Part shown: piece after piece, positions 59,864 through 64,000 of the stretch
Numbering within the stretch: the first letter of the stretch is position 1
Layout: the number at the start of each line of letters is the position of its first letter
Assembly (NCBI GenBank): GCA_963674825.1
Contig: OY771587.1
Coordinates: 2,016,001 to 2,080,000 of the forward strand
Reading direction: 5' to 3'
Source: Candidatus Cloacimonadales bacterium
GTDB taxonomy: Bacteria > Cloacimonadota > Cloacimonadia > Cloacimonadales > JAIOQZ01
DNA: 64,000 nt
The notes under the pieces: model-generated
The model's input: the letters and a program-made list of their open reading frames with translations, nothing else
Databases searched by the model: none
Told to the model about the DNA's origin: nothing
Program-made: the position numbers and the translations under genes

Positions 59864-62800
59864 ATGAAAAAAGCACTGATTGTTTTCATCGTAATGTTTC
59901 TTGTGAGCACAGTCCTTATGGCAGCTCCCAAGGAATCAAATCTCGATGTTCAACGGGTAAGTCTGTTCGAGAAAGAAATCATTCATACGCCGCGTCATAC
60001 GACTTCGCGCAATGTTACGATTCTCTCGGAAGACTTTTCTGGTGGAACACTTCCAGCCGGATGGCAGAATGTCGATAATGGCACTAGTGGCCAGATCTGG
60101 GAATTCGATAATCCCGGTAATCGCAGCATTTACACAACAACCGCTTCCAATGGTTTTGTTATTCTGGATAGCGATCATTACGGTTCCGGCTCAAGCCAGA
60201 ATGCCGATCTGATCACCCCTGAAATCGATACTACGATTTATCCTCAGGATGAGACAGAAGCGATCATGCTCGAGTTCGAACACTACTTCCGCCAGTACTC
60301 AACCAGTGCTGGTACCGTATCGATCAGTACCGATCGCGGCACCACCTGGACAGTCCTTGAGACCTGGACAGGAACCAGTACAACAAACGCGATTACGTCA
60401 TCATATGATCTTACATCATATCTTACGACTCGCGGTACCTTCATGCTGAAATGGAACTATGTCGGTTCATATGCCTATTACTGGGCTGTTGACGATATCA
60501 AAGTTTACGTACAGCAATCTGCTGCTCCCCCAAGCCCCGCGACTGTTGTCCAGCCGGCCGATGCATCGACCGACGCTGATATCAACACTTCGTTGATCTG
60601 GGCAGATGGTGGTGGCGACCCCGAAGCGTACTACCTTTATTTTGGTACGGACAATCCTCCTACCAACATTGTGAACGGTACCGATATGTACCCGGAAACC
60701 AGCTACATTCCAGCAAGGCTCGACCTCAACCAAACCTACTACTGGCAGGTTGTTCCGAGCAACGCTTATGGCAATGCTGCTGGATGCCCGGTATGGTCGT
60801 TCACGACCTATTCACCGCTTCCGATGCCTTACAGTGAGGGCTTCGAGGCTGGCGCACCTTATACTTATATTTTAAACAATAACGGTGACGACCAAAACTG
60901 GATGCTCTACTCAGGACTTCCACACGATGGAACCTATGCGATGGGTATCAACACCAATACTACGTCTGATGCCGATGACTGGGCGTTCTCACCCGCTCTG
61001 GACTTTACGTCCGGCAGCCTCTATCAGCTTGCATGCTACTATGTAGCGATCGATGGTGACCAGGAGCTGGAAGTATGGTGGGGAACTGAGCAGGATCCCT
61101 CCAATATGACGAACGAGCTGTTCAACGGCACGCTCCCAGCTGACCCTGAATATGCCTATTCAGCTGCAGTCATGGATTTTATGCCGATTGGAGCAGGCCC
61201 ATTCTATATTGGTCTTCACTGCACATCCACGGCTACAGATGGAACCAACACATATCTCTTCATCGACGATATTCTGGTTCAGCAAGTTACAAGCGCTCCG
61301 GATTGCCCGGTACTCGATTCCCCAATCAGTGGTGTAACCGGTGTATCGCTGACTCCTACACTTGAGTGGACTCATGCAAACGGCGCACCGTTGGGATATT
61401 TCCTGTATGTCGGAACAGATAATCCGCCCACGAACTTAATTAACGGTGCAACACTTGGCTTCGTGGATTCCTATACTATCAGCTCAGCTCTTGACGTGGA
61501 ACAAACCTACTACTGGTATGTCCTGGGATATAACAGCATGGGTTATTCAACCGGTTGCACTGTCGAAAGCTTTGTTACCATACCCGACCCGACAATCTAT
61601 GATTTCCCCTACACTGAAGGCTTCGAAAATGGCGGATCTATTCCGGATGGCTGGTCACAGGAATATGTGAATGGATCAAATGACTGGGCATTCCAGGCTG
61701 GCGGCCAGAGTGGTCATCCAGCTGGTGCACACGATGGGGATTACAACGCATTCTTCTATTATGGAAGTGGCTCGACGAACTACTCGACCAAGCTTGTAAC
61801 GCCTCCTTTGGACTTATCTGGACTCTCCAATCCGATCCTTTCGTTCTACCACACTCAGGCTGACTGGAGTGGCGATCAGGATATTTTGACGGTTTACTAC
61901 AAGACGACCGAAGCCGGCGCATGGACTCAGCTTGTTCAGTTTACAGACAGCATTACTGACTGGACACTTGCTGATAATATCGGCCTTCCGAATACAACAT
62001 CTACATATTATATTGCATTCGAAGGACTTCAGGATTACGGCTATGGCGTATGCCTTGACGATATTTCGATCATCGATGTGCTGACCGGTCCTGACCCAAC
62101 AACACTGGTAAGTCCTACCGATGCTGAAACCGGTGTCTCTGCGGCGACAAACTTGACCTGGAACGCTTCTCCCGGCGCTACCGGCTACAAGCTCAGCCTG
62201 TGGTATATGTCTGGTACTCGCGCAGTTCCTACCTTTGTCTGCGAGGATGCTGACCTCGGTAACGTCCTTACATACGATCCCAGCGACGATGGTGTAAACT
62301 ACCTCGAATACAATCAGACCTATTCATGGCAGGTTACTCCATATAATAACAACGGCGAAGCGACCGGCGTGCCGACCTGGACCTTTACCGTGGAGAACGA
62401 TCCCAGCGTTACAACACTTCCGTGGATGGAAGGATTTGAAAACGGTGGCTTGATTCCCAATGGCTGGAGCCAGGAATATGTGACCGGAACAACAAACTGG
62501 ACCTACCAGAACGGTAGCTCCGGATATCCGGCAAATGCGTACGAAGGAAGCTATAATGCTCGTTTCTACAGCACTTCTGACGTAACGACCATGCTGGTTA
62601 CTCCCATGATTGATTTCACGGGATACACCATGGCTCATCTGACATTCTACCACACACAACCGCTGTGGTCACCCGATCAGGACGAACTGACAGTGTACTA
62701 TAAGGATTCTGCCGGCGGTTCATGGGTAGAACTTGTACACTACACGGAAAGTATCACGACTTGGAGAAAAGAATCTCTCGATCTTCCGAACCTCAGCTCG

Positions 62801-63994
62801 ACCTACTGGCTCGCGTTTGAAGGATATGCGACATATGGACGCGGTATCTGCCTCGATAACATTACAGTTGCAGAATCACCCGCAGTTCCGGAAGAAACCT
62901 TCATCACCGAAGTCAGCGACAATGCTACTGGTCAGGATGCTTCCACTGGTTTCATCGAAATCACCATCCAGACAAACTACACAGTCGATATCGGTGGCTG
63001 GCAGGTCCGTGTCGGTAACGATGATGGATTCGGTAACTTCACACCGACCGGCTACGCGTATACCATTCCCGCAAACACAACGATTGATCCGGATGGTTGC
63101 CTCATCATCGGTGGCGGCGCATCCTATGCGGCCTTCATAGCTGCCTGGGGTATCACGGATCCGATCAACTACATTTCTGGCGACACGCAGCTCGGACTGA
63201 CTTCCGGCTTTGCATACGACCTCTATAACCCGGCAACTCGCGCAGGTTCGGTCGATAGCACGCCAGATGTTGCCGTTGGTGAACATGTGGTTCAGGAAGT
63301 CAACGATTCATGGGCATCTGGTCCTGCTGACAATGCGACTCCTGGTGCGCTCGATCCGGGCCAGACCCTGCCTGTTACCTTCGCCGCATTCTTCGCACAG
63401 CCTTATCAGAGCAAGAACGTCATGCTGACCTGGACGACTGAATCTGAAAGCGATATGCAGGGTTATCACGTATATCGTTCCGAGACATCCGATCTCGACA
63501 GCGCAGTTCGTCTTACGAGCAATATCATCGTGGCGCACAACAGCTCATCCGAATCGAACTACGAGTTCGAAGATAGCGATATCGAATATGATATCACTTA
63601 TTACTACTGGATAGAAAGCTACGAAAACAGCGGATACACGACCTTCCACGGACCGGCCTACACGATCGTTGAAGAAGGTTCTGTCACACCTCCGGCTGTT
63701 TACGATGTAACTGCTCTGAGTGGTAACTTCCCGAACCCGTTCAACCCCGAAACTGAAATTCACTTCAGCATTAAGGGTACCGAAGGCGAAATGGTCGATG
63801 CATCCCTGGTGATCTACAATATCAAGGGACAGCGCGTGAAGGAACTCTTCAGCCAGCATCAGGCAACAGAACGCGATAAGGTTGTCTGGCACGGAACCGA
63901 CGATAGCGGTAAGCCGGTAGCCAGCGGTGTTTACTTCTACAGACTGAAAACTGCGGACTATTCTGAAATCCGCAAAATGATGCTTCTGAAGTAA
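59864..63994 (+). CDS. Large secreted multidomain adhesin-like protein (cleaved-adhesin/MAM-like, Fn3-like, LTD-like) with FlgD-Ig/T9SS-type C-terminal domain
   Basis: Signal peptide; repeated EGFE...LVTP...DDI and TYYWQV modules; TLPVTF; NFPNPFNPET...KMMLLK. Confidence 0.88.
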   Translation: MKKALIVFIVMFLVSTVLMAAPKESNLDVQRVSLFEKEIIHTPRHTTSRNVTILSEDFSGGTLPAGWQNVDNGTSGQIWEFDNPGNRSIYTTTASNGFVILDSDHYGSGSSQNADLITPEIDTTIYPQDETEAIMLEFEHYFRQYSTSAGTVSISTDRGTTWTVLETWTGTSTTNAITSSYDLTSYLTTRGTFMLKWNYVGSYAYYWAVDDIKVYVQQSAAPPSPATVVQPADASTDADINTSLIWADGGGDPEAYYLYFGTDNPPTNIVNGTDMYPETSYIPARLDLNQTYYWQVVPSNAYGNAAGCPVWSFTTYSPLPMPYSEGFEAGAPYTYILNNNGDDQNWMLYSGLPHDGTYAMGINTNTTSDADDWAFSPALDFTSGSLYQLACYYVAIDGDQELEVWWGTEQDPSNMTNELFNGTLPADPEYAYSAAVMDFMPIGAGPFYIGLHCTSTATDGTNTYLFIDDILVQQVTSAPDCPVLDSPISGVTGVSLTPTLEWTHANGAPLGYFLYVGTDNPPTNLINGATLGFVDSYTISSALDVEQTYYWYVLGYNSMGYSTGCTVESFVTIPDPTIYDFPYTEGFENGGSIPDGWSQEYVNGSNDWAFQAGGQSGHPAGAHDGDYNAFFYYGSGSTNYSTKLVTPPLDLSGLSNPILSFYHTQADWSGDQDILTVYYKTTEAGAWTQLVQFTDSITDWTLADNIGLPNTTSTYYIAFEGLQDYGYGVCLDDISIIDVLTGPDPTTLVSPTDAETGVSAATNLTWNASPGATGYKLSLWYMSGTRAVPTFVCEDADLGNVLTYDPSDDGVNYLEYNQTYSWQVTPYNNNGEATGVPTWTFTVENDPSVTTLPWMEGFENGGLIPNGWSQEYVTGTTNWTYQNGSSGYPANAYEGSYNARFYSTSDVTTMLVTPMIDFTGYTMAHLTFYHTQPLWSPDQDELTVYYKDSAGGSWVELVHYTESITTWRKESLDLPNLSSTYWLAFEGYATYGRGICLDNITVAESPAVPEETFITEVSDNATGQDASTGFIEITIQTNYTVDIGGWQVRVGNDDGFGNFTPTGYAYTIPANTTIDPDGCLIIGGGASYAAFIAAWGITDPINYISGDTQLGLTSGFAYDLYNPATRAGSVDSTPDVAVGEHVVQEVNDSWASGPADNATPGALDPGQTLPVTFAAFFAQPYQSKNVMLTWTTESESDMQGYHVYRSETSDLDSAVRLTSNIIVAHNSSSESNYEFEDSDIEYDITYYYWIESYENSGYTTFHGPAYTIVEEGSVTPPAVYDVTALSGNFPNPFNPETEIHFSIKGTEGEMVDASLVIYNIKGQRVKELFSQHQATERDKVVWHGTDDSGKPVASGVYFYRLKTADYSEIRKMMLLK
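61604..62869 (+). repeat. Two near-duplicate ~150-aa modules (about 61604-62071 and 62417-62869)
   Basis: Shared EGFENGG.IP.GWSQEYV, FYHTQ..WS.DQD.LTVYYK, LPN..STY..AFEG...YG.G.CLD.I. Confidence 0.85.
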
Positions 63995-64000
63995 TCAAGC

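Noticed and set aside
1..64000. CRISPR array, tRNA/rRNA, transposase, integrase, reverse transcriptase
   Set aside because: I saw no regularly spaced repeats, cloverleaf/T-loop signatures in intergenic DNA or relevant protein motifs; checked by eye only.

Overview
Gene-dense chromosomal window from an FCB-group bacterium, most likely Ca. Cloacimonadota. That assignment is inferred from three secreted proteins ending in the 'NxPNPFNP...G.YF..(M/L)LLLK' FlgD-Ig/T9SS-type sorting domain, plus GWxTD proteins and pgsBCW. Housekeeping content: pyrC-pyrK-pyrD-pyrR-pyrF, transketolase, tatD, dnaE, yraN, priA, and a TetR-TolC-MFP-RND efflux operon. Accessory content: a LysM protein next to a lytic transglycosylase/M23 lipoprotein, an orphan FliL-like lipoprotein, a CHASE4 pseudokinase paired with a hybrid kinase, a poly-gamma-glutamate operon and an AT-rich DUF2971 gene. 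The most striking locus is an 11-kb operon (38429-49506): outer-membrane barrel, two large TPR proteins, a small secreted protein, one ExbB/TolQ, two different ExbD/TolR (one with Asn at the conserved Asp position) and a PglI/GltG-like TonB-type protein. This mirrors the myxobacterial Agl-Glt motor core in an unexpected lineage. Non-coding candidates: a ~210-nt multi-hairpin element (7345-7556), a triple-palindrome hairpin upstream of dnaE, a variant PyrR operator over the pyrR RBS and a GTAG-type REP. I saw no tRNA, rRNA, CRISPR array or transposase. All assignments come from reading motifs by eye; no searches were run.
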